A stretch of DNA of 64,000 bases, from NCBI RefSeq assembly GCF_009914755.1, contig NC_060931.1; one strand, 5' to 3'. Positions 14,274 through 35,546 of the stretch are shown here, in pieces. The notes beneath the pieces are model-generated. The model saw nothing but the letters and a program-made list of their open reading frames with translations. It was not told the DNA's origin and did not search any database. The stretch comes from the human T2T-CHM13v2.0 reference genome, Homo sapiens. Position numbers and translations under genes: made by a program. The first letter of the stretch is position 1. Each line of letters begins with the position of its first letter.

Positions 14274-16545
14274 AAGATGAATATTTTAACACAGTATAGT
14301 GTTCCTGGGAACTGGGGCTCAGAAGAGGTTCACTGGCTTAGTTAGCATCACCAAGAAAACCAGAGAAAGAGCTAAGAATCAAGTTTTGTCTCCTGATTCC
14401 TGGTCAAGTGGTTTATTTTGATTAGTGTCTGTGGTGCTCTGTTCTTGGCATGCACTAGGGGGATGGTTCTTAGAGCCTCTTACCAAGTTTTTATTTGGCC
14501 AGAGGGTAATCTATTAACACATTTATGTCCAAATTCACCTTTAATTTAGTGTTCATATTATGCTGATTTTTCAACCAACCTTGGATAGGAGCTCAGACAA
14601 ATGTTGTTAGCAGTCAAGAAAAAGTTTAGTGTTATCAAGATCCTATCAGGAGATGATTTCCAGGATGGTAGTATGAGGAGCTTTACAGACCCAGTCCCAA
14701 TGAAACAACCATACTGGTGAAAATTATTTTTAAGACAACCATTTAAAGTCTCTGGAAATTGTCCTAAGGGCGTACAACAAATGAAGAAATATTTATTCAG
14801 GAAAATCTACTAAATCCTGGTAAGAACAGTTGGGAGTCCATGGCATCTGAACCAAAAACTGTTCCCTCCCTCCCTGCCCAACCCCAACTAGGTCAGTGTG
14901 ATGGAAGCTCCAATCTGAGGGGGTGTTGGAAAAACAGAGCTCCCTCTCCTCCCAGATACCAGTCAAGGACTACATTATCTCCCTGGGGAGGGGCAGGCCA
15001 CCAGCATTTCTCATCCTCCCAGCTCCATGCTGTGGAGGCTAAGTCCTAGGCAAGTGCAGCCAAGAGGTGGGTGATCCCATTCCTCCAACAAGCCCCTACC
15101 TATAGGGCAGAAGCTCTCCCCCAGATACAGTAGGTTGATAAAACTGGGGCTCCAATTGTCCTCACCCCAGCTTTTTTTCAGAGCAGAGGTTCCACAAAGG
15201 GAGATACAAGTCAAGAAGACCAGAGACCACTGCCCACACCCAGTGGCCCTGCTTATGAAACAGAATCATCACTCCAAGAGAAGTGGGTCACTGTCCCTGC
15301 CACAGTTCCAGAGCAGAGTCTCAGAGATTCTGTCCAAGAGAAGAGGCAGGTGATGAGAACAGAGAGGCCTGAAGCTCTTCCAAAAGGAACTGGCTTTATT
15401 TAGAACAGAGCATGAAGAAGTTCAAGCTACAGAGAGTTCTTATAAACAACGGAGAATTTAATGAAAAGCAAGTAAGAAGAAGCTGGTAGCTCAATGTGCG
15501 CAACAAGCTAAACTGTAGGCTGATTGGTTTACCAGGGAGAACCAGGGAAAGAGACAGCTAAGAAGAGCCATCCTGAGGTCAGAACAAACCTCAAGGACTG
15601 ACCTCAAAAACTACCCCAGCAAAGATGCTTAAATTTAATTGGAACACAATGTGGAACAATTTACACCCTAGGGCATTGTTGAAAACAATAGAATGACCAG
15701 CAACTAGAGGAGCCTAACACCTAGGGCTTATACCAACAGAGGCAGAGAACGTAACAGAGAGAGAGCAGGGAAAGAGACAGTCAAAGAGAGCTTTGCTAAA
15801 ATGATTGCCATCCCGAGGGGGCTGTGCACATGACCAACCCTGTACCTTTTGAGGAGCAACGTTAAGAGATTTCACACTGCAGGAAAATAGACTTCACTAA
15901 AATAAACTAGCCACATCACTAAAGAAATAAACAAAAACAGTAAGTCCTGGGTTGGAAGTATCAGTATTCAGAGTTGCTATATTATATAACATGTCCAGTT
16001 TTCAACAACAACAAAAATACGAGACATTCACAGAAACAGGAAATGTTATGTGACTCATAACATAACATAAGGAGAGGGAAAAGTAATCAACAGACTACTT
16101 GAGGGCACAGATATCAGACTTAGCAAACAATGACTTTAAAGCACTTATATGTTCAAGGAATTAAAGGAAACCATGCTTAAAGAAGTAAAGGAAGGGATGA
16201 TGACAATGCCTCATTAGATAGAGATTATCAATAAAGAAATAGATTTTTTTTAAAAAAAGAACCTAATAGAAATTCTGGAATTGAAAAGTACAAAACTAAA
16301 GAGAAAAATTAATTAGAGGGGCCCAATAGTAGATTTGAATTGGCATACGAAAGAATCAGCAAATTTGAAGATAGATAGAGATTATTTAATCTCAAGAAGA
16401 GAGAAAAAAGAACGAAGAAATATGAACAGTACCTCAGAGGAATGTGAAATACCATTAAACACATCAACATCTGCATAATGGGGTTACCAGAAGAAGAGGA
16501 GAGAGAGAGGAGCGGAAAAAAATTTCGAAGAAACAATGGCTGAAA

Positions 16546-16883
16546 TTTTTTTTTTTTTAGAAAGAAGATCTCTGTTGCCCAGGCTGGAGCGCAGTGGCAC
16601 AGTCATGGCTTACTGCAGCCATAACCTCCTGGGCTCAAGGGATCCTCCTTCCTCAGCCTCCAGAGCTGGGAATACAGGCATGTGCCATCATACCTGGCTA
16701 GTTTAAAAAAATTTTTTTTTGTAGAGACAGGGTCTATGTTTCCCAGGGCAATTTTTTAAAAAAAATTTTGTGGAGACAGGGTCTCATTATGTTTCCCAGG
16801 TGGTCTCAAATTCCTGTCCTCAAGGGATCTTCCTGCCTCAGCCTCCCAAAGTGCTGAGATTATAGGTGTGAACCACTGTGCCC
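16546..16883 (-). mobile_element. AluJ-like with internal ~50-bp duplication
   Basis: Linker/left-arm segment appears twice (16697-16800). Confidence 0.85.
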
Positions 16884-17195
16884 AAACAGCTTCTAAAATT
16901 TGATGAAATCTGTTATCTTCACATCCAAGAAGTTCAAGTAACTCCAAATACAATAAACACAAAGAGAACCATACCCAGACACATCAGAGTAAAAATGTTG
17001 AAAGAGACAGATAAAGAGAGTATCTTAAAAGCAGCAAGGGAAAAACACAAAAACACAAAAAACCAAACATACAATGTATAAGGAAATTCAAATAAGATTA
17101 ACATCTGACTTTCTCCAAGAACAATGGATGCCAGAAGGCAGTGGGATGGAATATTCAAAATGCTGAAAGGAAAATTTTTAAAGCCTGTCAACTAG

Positions 17196-17858
<663 letters not shown>

Positions 17859-18272
17859 TAGTTTTATACCAGAAAAACCATCTTTCACAACCACAGGTGA
17901 AAGAAAGGCATTCCAAGATAAACAAAATCTGAGATAATTTATTGCTAGATTACTGACTTTGCAAGAAACAGGTTCTTCAGGTGGAATTCAAGTGACCCCA
18001 GTCAGTAATTCATATCCACATAGAAGAACAAAAAGGACTAGTAAATGTAATTACATAATTATAAAAGACACTATATATGCATAATCTTTCTCATTTCTTC
18101 TCTTAAATTATTTTAAAAGCAGCTGTATAAAAAATGTTTGACAATGACAGCATAATGAGGTGGGTGGGAGCAAAGCTACATTAGAGTAAGAAATGACATG
18201 AGATGGTAACTTGATTGCACAGGAACAAATGAAGAGAACCAGAAATGGTAAATAAGAAAGTCGGTACATCTA

Positions 18273-18625
18273 TGAGAAAAGAATGAAATCATGTCCTTTG
18301 CAGCAACTTGGATGCAGCTGGAGCCCATTATCCTAAGTGAATTAATGCAGAAACAGAAAACCAAATGCTGCACTTATAAGTAGGAGCTAAACACTGGGTA
18401 CACATAGACACAAATATGGAAATAATAGACACAGGGACTCCAAAAGGGTGGAGGGAGGGAGGAGGGCTAAAAAGGGTTGAAAAACTACCTATCAGGTACT
18501 ATGTTCAACTCCTTAGGCGATGGGATCATTTGAAGCTCAAACCTCAGCATCATGCAATATATCCATGTAACAAACTTGCACATGTATCCCATGAATGTAA
18601 AATAAAAAAATACAATTAAAATAAA
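18273..18625 (+). mobile_element. L1PB-like 3' end
   Basis: aatgaaatcatgtcctttgcagcaac...catgtaacaaacttgcacatgt...A tail. Confidence 0.8.
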
Positions 18626-19473
18626 AGGTTAGTATAACCTTTATATAAGCTCTATACATACATACTTGCTTTATTTTCTCCTCATCTTTAAAAGACATAA
18701 AATCGTATTAAGTAATAATTATAACAATGTATTGTTGGGCTTGTAACAACACTGTAGACTAGCTAGATTTAACAAGTATCTATAAAATGCTCCAACCAAC
18801 AACAGCACAATCGATACTCTTCTCAATTGAATATGGACTGTTCTCTAGGATATACTTATTCTAGATTATAGAACATGCCTTAATACATTTAAAAGATTTG
18901 AAGTTATATAAAGCATGACTTCTGACCACAATGACACAAAATCAAAATCAATAAGACAAGTGTGATAAATTAACATGTGCAGAAATTAAATGACACATTC
19001 CTAAATAAACAATAGGTCCAAGAAGAAATTACAAAATACTTTAAAATAAATGATAATGAAAGCAAAACAAACCAAAACTTATGGGAAGCCTAAATTTAAG
19101 TTGTGCCTAAAATGGAAATGTGAGCTGTCTGGTAAGCTGGCCTAGACCTCATAGCCAAGAATGAAGATTTATGGGGCATTTTTCTTTGCCCTAGTCCCCC
19201 AAACCTGAATCTTGCAATTTTATCACACTTCACAGGGTGTGAGGATAGGAGAGCAACCAAGTGCATTTGGGAGAACAGATGAGAACCAAATGGCTAAACT
19301 TTATCCCATCTCAGAGAAATGTCCTCTTAACACTGAGGCCACCTAAAAGGAGGAAGGAGAGGAGAAGGGAGGGAAGGGGAAGGGAGAGAAGGGAAAGGAA
19401 GGGGAGGAGAGGAGATCTCCTTCTCCCATGTGGGGAAAAAGTCTTGGATGCTTAGGTTGTTATTTCAGCATCA

Positions 19474-19852
<379 letters not shown>

Positions 19853-19972
19853 TCAGTGACTGTACTCACTGTAAATCTGGCCCTTTGCCTGCAATCTCCT
19901 ATTTATTGTCTCCTCTTGCAGAATTGGAAAGAGTGGGTAGAGAAAAGAGTAGATGTTTCTCTCCTGAGATGC

Positions 19973-20027
19973 TCTGTTGCTGGAGGAAGATTCTGTTGCT
20001 GGAGGAAGATTCTGTTGCTGGAGGAAG
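19973..20027. repeat. 19-bp tandem repeat, about 3 copies
   Basis: TCTGTTGCTGGAGGAAGAT x2.9. Confidence 0.95.
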
Positions 20028-21480
20028 TGTCCTAACAGAGACACAGAGATGGAAGTAGTGGAAAAGATAGGGTCAAACCAAACCTGAGTAGGATGCCTCG
20101 GTGAATAAGAACGCTTTACAGTTCCTTGCAAATCAAAGACCCATTAGAGGAAACTAGGACACTGTACATTTCAATATTTCCAAGTAAGATTTTAACCCAG
20201 GAAAGAAACTGCGGAATTATTAAAGCAATTTATGTTTTAAAGCAAGGTTACAATTGTTGGTATAAATGAAGTGCTTTGCAGATGTTATCAGATATTTTGG
20301 GTATGGGAAGCCATCCATTTACATTCCCAGAGCTTTTTCTTTATTAGTGCCTTGTGTGGTTATATTTTCCCCTTCTTTCCTTCTTTTATGAGATCAATTC
20401 TAGTCAGAATATACTAAATATCTATTCATGAAAAAGAGTAAGGATGGAGATGAATTTCATAACCATCTAGAGGAGATACAACCTGGTGGTCTGCTTTCTA
20501 TTGTATTGATTTGTAAAAGGGAAATGATTTACAGGGTGCCTTTGATGAAAATAATCCCTTTTCCCTCTTTTTAGCTCCCAGAAATGCAACTGTCTGGCCT
20601 TTCAGTGTGATTAAGCAGCTTAAACTTCTAGGGAGAATGTGAGGGTAACAGGGGAGCCAGTTCTAGCTGGATGCAATGATTCGCTGTACAGACTGCCTAC
20701 ACTTTGGCTTTGGGTTGAAACTTCTTCTCCACTCTTTTGAACTTTCTTTTTGGATTTTTAAAAAAAATATATATATATAAAACACCTTCATCAGATTTAC
20801 ATAGCTATGACCACTCATCCTGTGAACCCCTCTTCTTACCATTAGAAAGTCTGGCCTTCCAGAGTGCGTCACCTCTGGGAAACTCATGTGGCCAGTTAAG
20901 AATTCCATTCACAGGGTGGATTGTATAGAGGGATTTATTCACAGTTCCCTCTTTCTTGCATAAGCCCAGTGTACTCAGAAATGGAGACAGAATAGAATAG
21001 TATAATGGATACCCAATATCTGTCTCCTAGATCAAACAGTTGCTAAAATTTTGCCACATATTCTTCATCTTTCCTTTTCCTTTTTATTTTTCTGAGGTAA
21101 AGTAGTATGTGTATACATAACTATCTATCTGTAGATATGTATACTTATATTAATATATCACCCCTAAATACTTTAACATTCACCTCTAAAACATAAGCAC
21201 ATTTTTGTTAGCTAAACAATTTCATTATCAAACTTTAATAAGGTTCACATAATTCAAGAGAATCAAATACTCATCTACATTAAAAATTTCCCCTTTTGTC
21301 CCCCAAATGGTTTTTTATTGTAGTAAAATATATATAATGTAAAATTTATCATTTTAATCATTTTTAAGTGTACAATTTAATGGCATTAAGTACATTCACA
21401 ATATTGTGAAAGCATCACCACTATTTCCAGAACTTTTTTATTATTCCAAACAGAAACTCTACACTCATTAAGAATAACTC

Positions 21481-23786
<2,306 letters not shown>

Positions 23787-23797
23787 AAGAATAACTC

Positions 23798-24489
<692 letters not shown>

Positions 24490-24499
24490 TGGTTATTAT

Positions 24500-24860
24500 G
24501 TTTCTTAAGGCTCTTTATTTAGAACTGTCTCCTTTCTCCACACTCACATACATTTTTTTTTCATGACATTGATGTCTTGATGATTCTGGGGCAGTTGTTC
24601 TACAGAATGTTCTACTTTGTCTGATTGCTTCTTTATCATGTTCTTAAACTTGTACTTCTGTTCTCTGCGTTTCTTATAAAAAGAAAGTTAGACCTAAAGG
24701 CTTGATAAGAGTGAAACGTTTTGGTAAGAATTCTTCACAGGTAATGCTGTGGACTTCCTACTGCCTCATATTAGGCTGTACATAATGTCTGGTTGTCCTG
24801 GTATTGATGAGGCCAATACCGATTACTGGGTTAAGGTGACAATATGCCTGTTGAAAGTAA
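24500..24860 (-). mobile_element. L1MC4/5-like 3'UTR fragment (continues 20985-21310)
   Basis: tcatgacattga...ttggtaagaatt(c)ttcacaggtaatgctgtg...cataatgtctggttgtcc motifs. Confidence 0.55.
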
Positions 24861-24868
24861 GTTTTTAA

Positions 24869-25559
<691 letters not shown>

Positions 25560-26483
25560 TAAAGGGACTCTGAGGAGTTGCCTGGCACCCAGGATATAGC
25601 CTTTATCCTGTATAAAGGATAAGAAGATAAAGACAGAGGCTTTTCCTTCTGTATGGAGTAGACACAGGAGTTCAAGTTTATCTCCCAGAGTGTTCCATCA
25701 GGGCAAAAATTTCTGGAATATGAGGTCTAGCAGAGACTGTTCTTTCTCTGGGCCCAGTAAGAAGGTACTCTGAAATTGGTAGTGAGCCAGAATTTAGCCA
25801 TAGACAAATAGATCTTTTTGCTAACACTTACTAAAGACGGAACACTTTGGGAATTCAGATACAGGAGAATCTTTTATGGCATTTTAAAATAGCCCTGCCC
25901 TCCACTCCTCCCCTAACTTCAGACAAATCACTTTAGATTACCGAATAAAAAATTAAGGAAGAGCATCTATTTCAGATGCAGAACAAACAAATCTTAAGAT
26001 GTTTCTTGAATATCATTTAAATTTAGAGTAAGGAAAAACTATGCATCTGTCCTCTATGTTTGATGCTTACCTCTTGTCTTTTAGCTACTATACACTGAAT
26101 AAGTGACCCAGGGAAATATAAGGAACTAATTTTGAATAGTCTCATTTTCAAAAGTAAGAATTTGGGTTTCTAAGGAAAATGAGTTATTTTTAATATCCAT
26201 ATATACACTTTTGTTTTATAGCAATTAAATACCCACATCAGGTAAACTCTGCCCAAGGTTGCCCTATATTTTTGGGTCCCCGGAGGGTTTTTGGGTTTTT
26301 TTTCTTTTTAGTTATTATTGCTTATTCGTGTTTGTTTTTTGTTTTTGCAGTTCTGTTGTTCAGCTAGAGAAGTTGTGAATTTTCTGCCTTAGCAGGACAG
26401 ACTCTAACCTTAGGATACTAGACTAACACTTTTTGTTTTGCAACTGGAATTAGTAAAATACATTTTCTCCACTTATTCGGTAA

Positions 26484-26782
<299 letters not shown>

Positions 26783-27513
26783 CTGTTCTGTAATTTTTAA
26801 AGATTCTGACTTCACTTGGGTAAGGAGGGGGCAAAAGTACCTTTGACGAAATAATGCTTCAACAATAGCCCTCCCAGGGGACTTAGGCACACATGTCTCT
26901 CACCACCACTGGGAATTACTTTATGTTTGGTGACAAAGACCCCATGGTAGTTTGCAAGGCCAAACAGTATAGTCATCCATCCTGTTCTCTTTTCTTCCTC
27001 TTTATGCACAGCCCCCTTCTTTCTTTCTTCTCTCTTACGTCTTTCTTCTTCTGCCTTGCTCCTTCGGCCTCTTTCTCCCCACCCACTCTTCTTTCATTTC
27101 CTCCTTTTGCCACTCCACAGCCTAGGCTGGCATGCTTCCCTGATTCCCCGATGCCTACCAAATGCTATGTTCCAGAAAAATTCTCCTGCTTCACATCAGC
27201 CCAGGGTTTGTTACTGAACACTCAATAGAATCAAAGGAGTGTAAGAATCCCAGCGGAGGAGGGGCTGTGGCTGGGTCTATGTGAATTCCCTCCTACCCAG
27301 CTTCCATTCCAGGTTCTCCAGGCTCTCCTAGTTCTACAGGATAGTAATGGCATTGCTTCAACTATGTCTAGTACTTCAAAAAAAGCCTGGAAGATATTGT
27401 ATATTTACCCTCAATAAAGCCTGACCAAGTTAACTAAAATAATGGAAAGTTTCTTTCCTTTTTGGGGAGAGTGGGGGCCTGAGAGGTAGGGGAGGTCATG
27501 CAGCACCAACTCA

Positions 27514-27861
<348 letters not shown>

Positions 27862-28693
27862 CTATAGAATAAAGAGAGTATACTGGAAAGAATATGGTAG
27901 AGAGGTGAGGCTGTCTACCACAACCAGAATTTTGTTTCTTGCAATAGTTGTGGGCAATTTACTTAACATCTCTCAACCAATGTACTCATTTGTAAAATGG
28001 GACAATAATTACTATTTTGCAGCCTACTGTGAGAATTCTAGATAATATGTGTAAGACACTCATTCATACAATACCTAATACACAATAAATACTTACTATG
28101 TTTTCTTTGTAAATGTAATTTATTTGGTAGATAAAAGTTTTTTCAAAGCATACAGCTCTTGGGGGAACAACGAATCTGATCACTGAGAGAAGAGGTTGGG
28201 AAGCACTCACGTAACATAGTTCTACATGGCCACACAGGTCTCCCTCAAGAACTGTCTAGTCTAAGGGCTCTGACTAGGGGATGTACAAGGAAGTCCCACA
28301 TCCTTTGTGTTGATGAACAGACCCTGTCTTGAGGGAGACACTCAGTTCCCTGACTCAGTTTCCATAGTTTCCCATGGGAACTAATGCCTTACCTCCATTT
28401 TCTTAAGCTTGCCTATTCCTCTGCTTGATTCCTAGGTGATTGTCTCAGAAGTACCAGGTCTGCAAGTTTATGGAAACTTAGCATTTTAGGTGGAAAGAAA
28501 AAGGACTAGAGTGTCTTGGGGAAAAAGGATAGAAGGAAAGTTTGTGGAAAGTTGGAAGATCACACAAGCTTAGTTTAAGCCCCTTGAAAATGAGGCAATA
28601 GAATTTTTTTTTTCCCAAAGAGAAAAGTACTATCCTAAGTCAACCTCTCTCATCTCAGCCTCACAGGGACTCTTCTAAGAAATGAGACTTTCC

Positions 28694-29013
28694 GGCTGGG
28701 CGTGGTAGCTCACGCCTGTAATCCTAGCACTTTGGGAGGCCGAGGCAGGCAGATCACTTGAGGTCAGGAGTTTGAGACCAGCTTGGCCAACATGGTGAAA
28801 CCCCATCTCTACTAAAATTACAAAAATTAGCCAGGCATAGTGGTGCACACCTGTAGTCCCAGCTACTTGGGAGGCTACAGCAGGAGAATTGCTTGAACCC
28901 TAAGGATGGAGGTTGCGTGAGCCAAGATCCCACCACTGCACTCTAGCCTGGGCAACAAGCAAGACTCCATCTCAAAAATAAATAAATAAATAAATAAATA
29001 TACATATAAATAA
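28694..29013 (+). mobile_element. AluS-like
   Basis: TSD aaatgagactttc. Confidence 0.9.
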
Positions 29014-30013
29014 ATGAGACTTTCTTCAACATCTCTTACCTCTTCCCTCCACCAGGGTCCTGACTATTTCCAAGTTCTTCTCTCTCTGTAAACACCCCCA
29101 GGATAGGAAGATAAGGTTGTTGCCCTTCCATAAGTGGGCTCAGGTTTACAATGAACAGCCAGAAGCTATCTAGCATTTACTAGAACTGTGGTCCCAGGCC
29201 CCTGCTAAACTTCATTTGGTGGGACATCTTTAGAGAGTTGACCAGTAGATTCCAGCTTTTTAATCTTGGTGTTCTGTTGGGCAGGTCAGATGAATTTGGA
29301 ATATTCTGTTTTAAGCTGAATTTATCCCTTATTATTTTAAGGGCTGTAACAAGTTGTTTTTTAAATGTTTTCAGTCAGCATATCTTTATTTATTGTCCTT
29401 AATACCCAGAGGCTACTTGAAGAAAGACTTAATTTTCAAAGTCTGGTAAGTAAACAATAGTTTCCCAATAACATCTTCAGGCAAACACCCAAAGACTTCA
29501 TTTTCACCACAGCATTTGGGTTCTCCATAATTGCCTATTAGTATTGTGCTCAACCACAACATTTTATAATAATTTAAAAAATATTACGTACCTCTAAACA
29601 CAAAGTTTCTTACCAGTTTTTTTTCTTCTTTTTAATTACCATGTTTAACAAAAGACAAAAACAAGACAGGTTTAAGTGTGGTATTGACTAGACTCCAAAC
29701 ATATTAAATAAATCACATAGGCTGGGTTGGGTTTCACACGAGAACTAGTTTGGAGATGGTTATTCACTGTTCTCCCAAGAATATAAAAATGTCCAGAGGA
29801 GACAGTGAGATAAGGAGATACATGGCTTCAGCTCTGTGGGAATTTCTAAGGCTTTAAAATTCACTCCAGAATCCTGCAAAATTCCTTGATGTTGAGCTTG
29901 GCTGCTGATGCCTTCTTTTGTCTAGATCCTCTGAAGCCATGCACTGAGACTCCAGAAATTTACTCTAGTCTTTCTTTCTACTTGTGACCAAGAGGAAAGT
30001 TGGGCAAAGGGGT

Positions 30014-30411
30014 TGTATTGGTCAGATAGGCTAATTGTTATAAGAAATGACCTCCAAATTTCAATGGTTTGACCCCATGCAAATATTGTTCTTGTCAAGG
30101 TCCAATACGGATTGGTAGAGGTGGAGGTGTGTGGAATGTGGTGATTTGATTCTATGCAGTAATTCAAGCATATAACCTTCTTCCATCTTGGGGCTCTGTC
30201 TTCCGTGGGGTTCCCAGAGTCCTTTCCATCCAGCCAGTGGAAAAGAGAGCCTGCAGATAACTGCACAGGAGGACTGTTATGGGCCAGATCTGGAACTGGC
30301 ACCCATCACTTTCACATGCCTTTGACTGAGTTCAGTCAATGGCCCTACATGTTGAGAGAGGCTAGGAAGTACAGTCTAGCTCCATGCTCAGCTCACAGCA
30401 GTTTCTGCCAC
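30014..30411 (-). mobile_element. Old MaLR solo LTR (MLT1K/L-like)
   Basis: tgtattggtcagatagg ... tctgccaca termini. Confidence 0.6.
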
Positions 30412-30848
30412 ATGGAAAAACAGAGAGCTCCTTAGAGCAGGCAGACAGTGCTGTTCTTGTATATCGTCAAAGATGTGGAAAATAAATATGCTAACTTATT
30501 TTCAGTTTATTTAATGACCAAACCTACCATTAATGTCTCGGTCAGTTTCTGGAAAAAGTCCATCCCTCAAGCTCACTATTACCACAAATCAGTCCAAACT
30601 GGAACTTAACTTGTTCACACATAGGACTTTCCAGAGTTCCAAGATACCTGGACCAAGCCCATGCAGACATGCTGATTGTAAGTTGCGAACACACTTGCAT
30701 GTTGCTCTTCTCATCAGATGGTTCTCATTACAAAATCTGGCAAGTCATCTGCCCAAAGCCATGTGGCATATCTAAACCAAACTTTCTCACATGGGACCTA
30801 TGAAAAGAATAAATGTGTTATAAACATTTGAAAAACTGTCTTCATATC

Positions 30849-31217
30849 TGTTTTAGTCAGTTTGTGTTGCTATCCCAAAAAACTATAAACTGGGTAACTC
30901 GTAAACAACAGAAATGTATTGCCCACAGTTCTAGAGGCTGTAAAGTCCAAGATCAGGTCATCAGCAGATTTGACATCTGGTGAGGGCCTGCCTTCTAGTT
31001 CATAGAGGGCGTCTTCTTGTTGTGTCCTCACATGGTGGAACGGGCAAGCTAGCTCTCTGGGGTCTCTTTTATGAGGGCATGCATTTATCCCATTCCTGGG
31101 GGTTCTGCCCTCATGACCTAATCACTTCTCAAAGGCTCCACTGCATAATTTCATCACCTTAGGGGTTAAGTTTTAACATATAAATGTGGGGGAGACATAA
31201 ACATTTAGCTCATTGCA
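30849..31217 (-). mobile_element. MLT1A-like solo LTR
   Basis: TG...CA termini, TSD atat(c/g), aaacaacagaaatgtattgcccacagttctagaggctg. Confidence 0.85.
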
Positions 31218-31426
31218 ATATGTCTTCATAAAATATTTTTAAATGTTTTCGTCTTTTCTCGATCAATGTATTTTTCACGGTTGTCATGACTCCGTTACTG
31301 TTTGCACTCTTTCTTCCTGTTTCTCTCATTAACCAATTTACAAAGGCTATTTCATAGTTCAGCTATTTTAGAGACATCCATTTGTCCTCATTTACTCACA
31401 GGCTAGCATTCCCATTGAGATTTTAG

Positions 31427-32244
<818 letters not shown>

Positions 32245-32979
32245 TAAGGGTGCAATCTTCATTCATCTATTTATTCATTTCTTTTCCATTTGTTCATTCC
32301 AAAATAATTGTTGAGTACCTAATATGAGCCAGACAGTGTGCTAAATGCTGGAGTCAGAGCAAAGAATAATAGATATAAGGTCCCTACCTTCATGGAGCTT
32401 ATGGGAGAGAAAGGTTCTAAATAAATGTTAATGCAAAATGTTAATTATAATAGTAATATTTATATAAATAGCTTATTTTAAAAAATGGATAACCTTGAAT
32501 CACCTTTTTTTTTTCTTTTAACTGGGGTCTTTCCTCCTCTGTAAAAACCAGCTTCTTTTTAGGATAATCATTCATTGATTCTTTCATTTGCTCACTATTT
32601 AATTCAATTATTTATTTATTTATATTCATTCATTTGTTCAATATCATTGTAAAACTACTCCTTGCTATTCACTATGCTAAACTGTCAGAACACAGAAATA
32701 AAAATATAAGATTCGTGATCGCAGGGATCACAGTCCAGTTGAGGAGACTAGCATGTAAACTACACAGTACAACGTGATGAATGTCATCATGGAGAAAAGT
32801 GCAAAGTGCAGTGGGACCAGGAAAAGGAGGGGGCCTACATCTGCCTACCTAGGTCAGGGAAGGCTTCACACAGGAGGTAGCACTTCACAAAGGAGGTAGC
32901 ACTGAGGTCTGAAGGGTGAATAAACCTTTGCCACGTTGAGGAAAGGCATGAGATGGCTACTTAACAATCAAAGATTTGA

Positions 32980-33566
<587 letters not shown>

Positions 33567-33576
33567 TCAAAGATTT

Positions 33577-33940
33577 GTGCTGTCCTTGCACAGTATTACG
33601 TTTATGGAACTGGCCCAAACAACTTCCAATTCCCCGTACATCTCCATGGGGGCAGGTGACCAGTTCTCGTTAGTGGAATGTGAGCAGAAGTGATGTTGGT
33701 CATTGCTGGGACAGACAAAGACGTAAGTTTGCCTTTGCTTCCTTCTCCTTCCTGGCTGCCAGCTCTGGAAGCGAAGGCCTCTGAAGCTGAGAGGCTGGCA
33801 GAGCTTCAAAATAGAAGGACCCTGGGTGGAAGGCTACATGCAGCTGTTACATGGATAAGAAATAACCTTCTGTTGTGTTAATCTACTGACATTTCATAGC
33901 TTGCTTGTTACAGCAGCAAGCTCTACCATAATTAACCCAA
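33577..33940 (+). mobile_element. MLT1J-like solo LTR
   Basis: gtggaatgtgagcagaagtgatg ... aataaccttctgttgtgttaa ... ttgttacagcagca. Confidence 0.6.
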
Positions 33941-34221
33941 GGCATATCAGGCAAAGCAAACAGTATGTGCAAAGGTTTATAAATGTTTCTAACATACAGT
34001 ACATGCTCAATAAATATTTAATATTGCAGTCAGGGTATTAGGAGGAAGTACAAGTAGTCCAATATTGCCAAAGAATAAAATATGTGACTGGTAGGGGTGA
34101 GAGGAGGTTGGCTGGATTGAGAGGCATGGGCCAATCAAAAGAATTTTGGCTTACCCTCATGGGAAAAGGGAAGCCAATGAAGAATATGAAGAGGAGAGAG
34201 GCATGATCACTGGAGTAGCAG

Positions 34222-34575
34222 TGTATTAGTCCATTTTTATGCTGCTGATAAAGACATACTTGAGACTGGGAAGAAAAAGAGGTTTAATTGGACTTACAGT
34301 TCCACATGGCTGGGGAGGCCTCAGAATCATGGTGGGAGGTGAAAGGCACTTCTTACATGGTGGTAGCAAGAGAAAAATGAGGAAGAAGCAAAAGTGGAAA
34401 CCCCTGATAAACCCATCAGATCTTGTGAGACTTATTCACTATCACGAGAATAGTACGGGAAAGACCAGCCCCCATGGTTCAATTACCCCTCCCCGGGTCC
34501 CTCCCACAACACATGGGAATTCTGGGAGATACAATTCAAGTTGAGATTGGTGGGGGACACAGCCAAACCATATCA
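34222..34575 (-). mobile_element. THE1A solo LTR
   Basis: TGTATTAGTCC...AACCATATCA, 354 bp, perfect 5-bp TSD AGCAG. Confidence 0.92.
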
Positions 34576-35257
34576 AGCAGGGTCTCTGCAAAACATAGCA
34601 GCCAAGAATTTCCCTTAATTGTCTTCAAATGTAAAATGCTAATCCAAAGAGGAAAGAGAAAGGATGTTAGAACCAGAAGATATCACAGTCTGGTCAAACC
34701 TTGTTCAACAAGTGAGGAGAGTGAGTCCCAGAGAAGTTAAGTACCTTTGCCAAGATCACCCAGCTAGAACTTGGCAGGGCTGGGTACTAGAAGGCTCATC
34801 CCTGGTGCCAGTCCTACAGCCTTGCTCTTTCCACTGTGCCACTGTGCTTCAAAGCAGCTGAGACCAGCTGGTGTGCCTGTGTTTTCAGTTCCCTAATGAA
34901 GACACTGGGGATTCAGAGGCAGGGTATTTTCCATGGGCGGCTGTCCTTTCTGTAATTCCTCATCTGGCTTGAGCCTATTTTGGAAAAGGTCCATTTTTTA
35001 GCATCAGATTTCCCTGGAGGACCACTGGGAATGTGCTTAGTGGCCTGTGGGGTGCCCCTGCACTTTCTGAGTTTTTGTGGAGAAGATAAGAAGAAAGTAG
35101 CAGTGGTTTGAGCTCCTGGAAACTCTGCCAGGTCCCTTGGCATTTGGGGAGTTTGTTGGCTCGCAAAGAGGGACTGTGGTTCAGCCGGCCAGTTGACTGT
35201 CCTTCAGGGGTCAGAGCAAAGCTTTGTCTGTCTAAAGGATCAGATACCTATGGCTGA

Positions 35258-35546
<289 letters not shown>

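Noticed and set aside
19973-20027. CRISPR-like array
   Set aside because: Contiguous tandem units with no spacers, in eukaryotic DNA.
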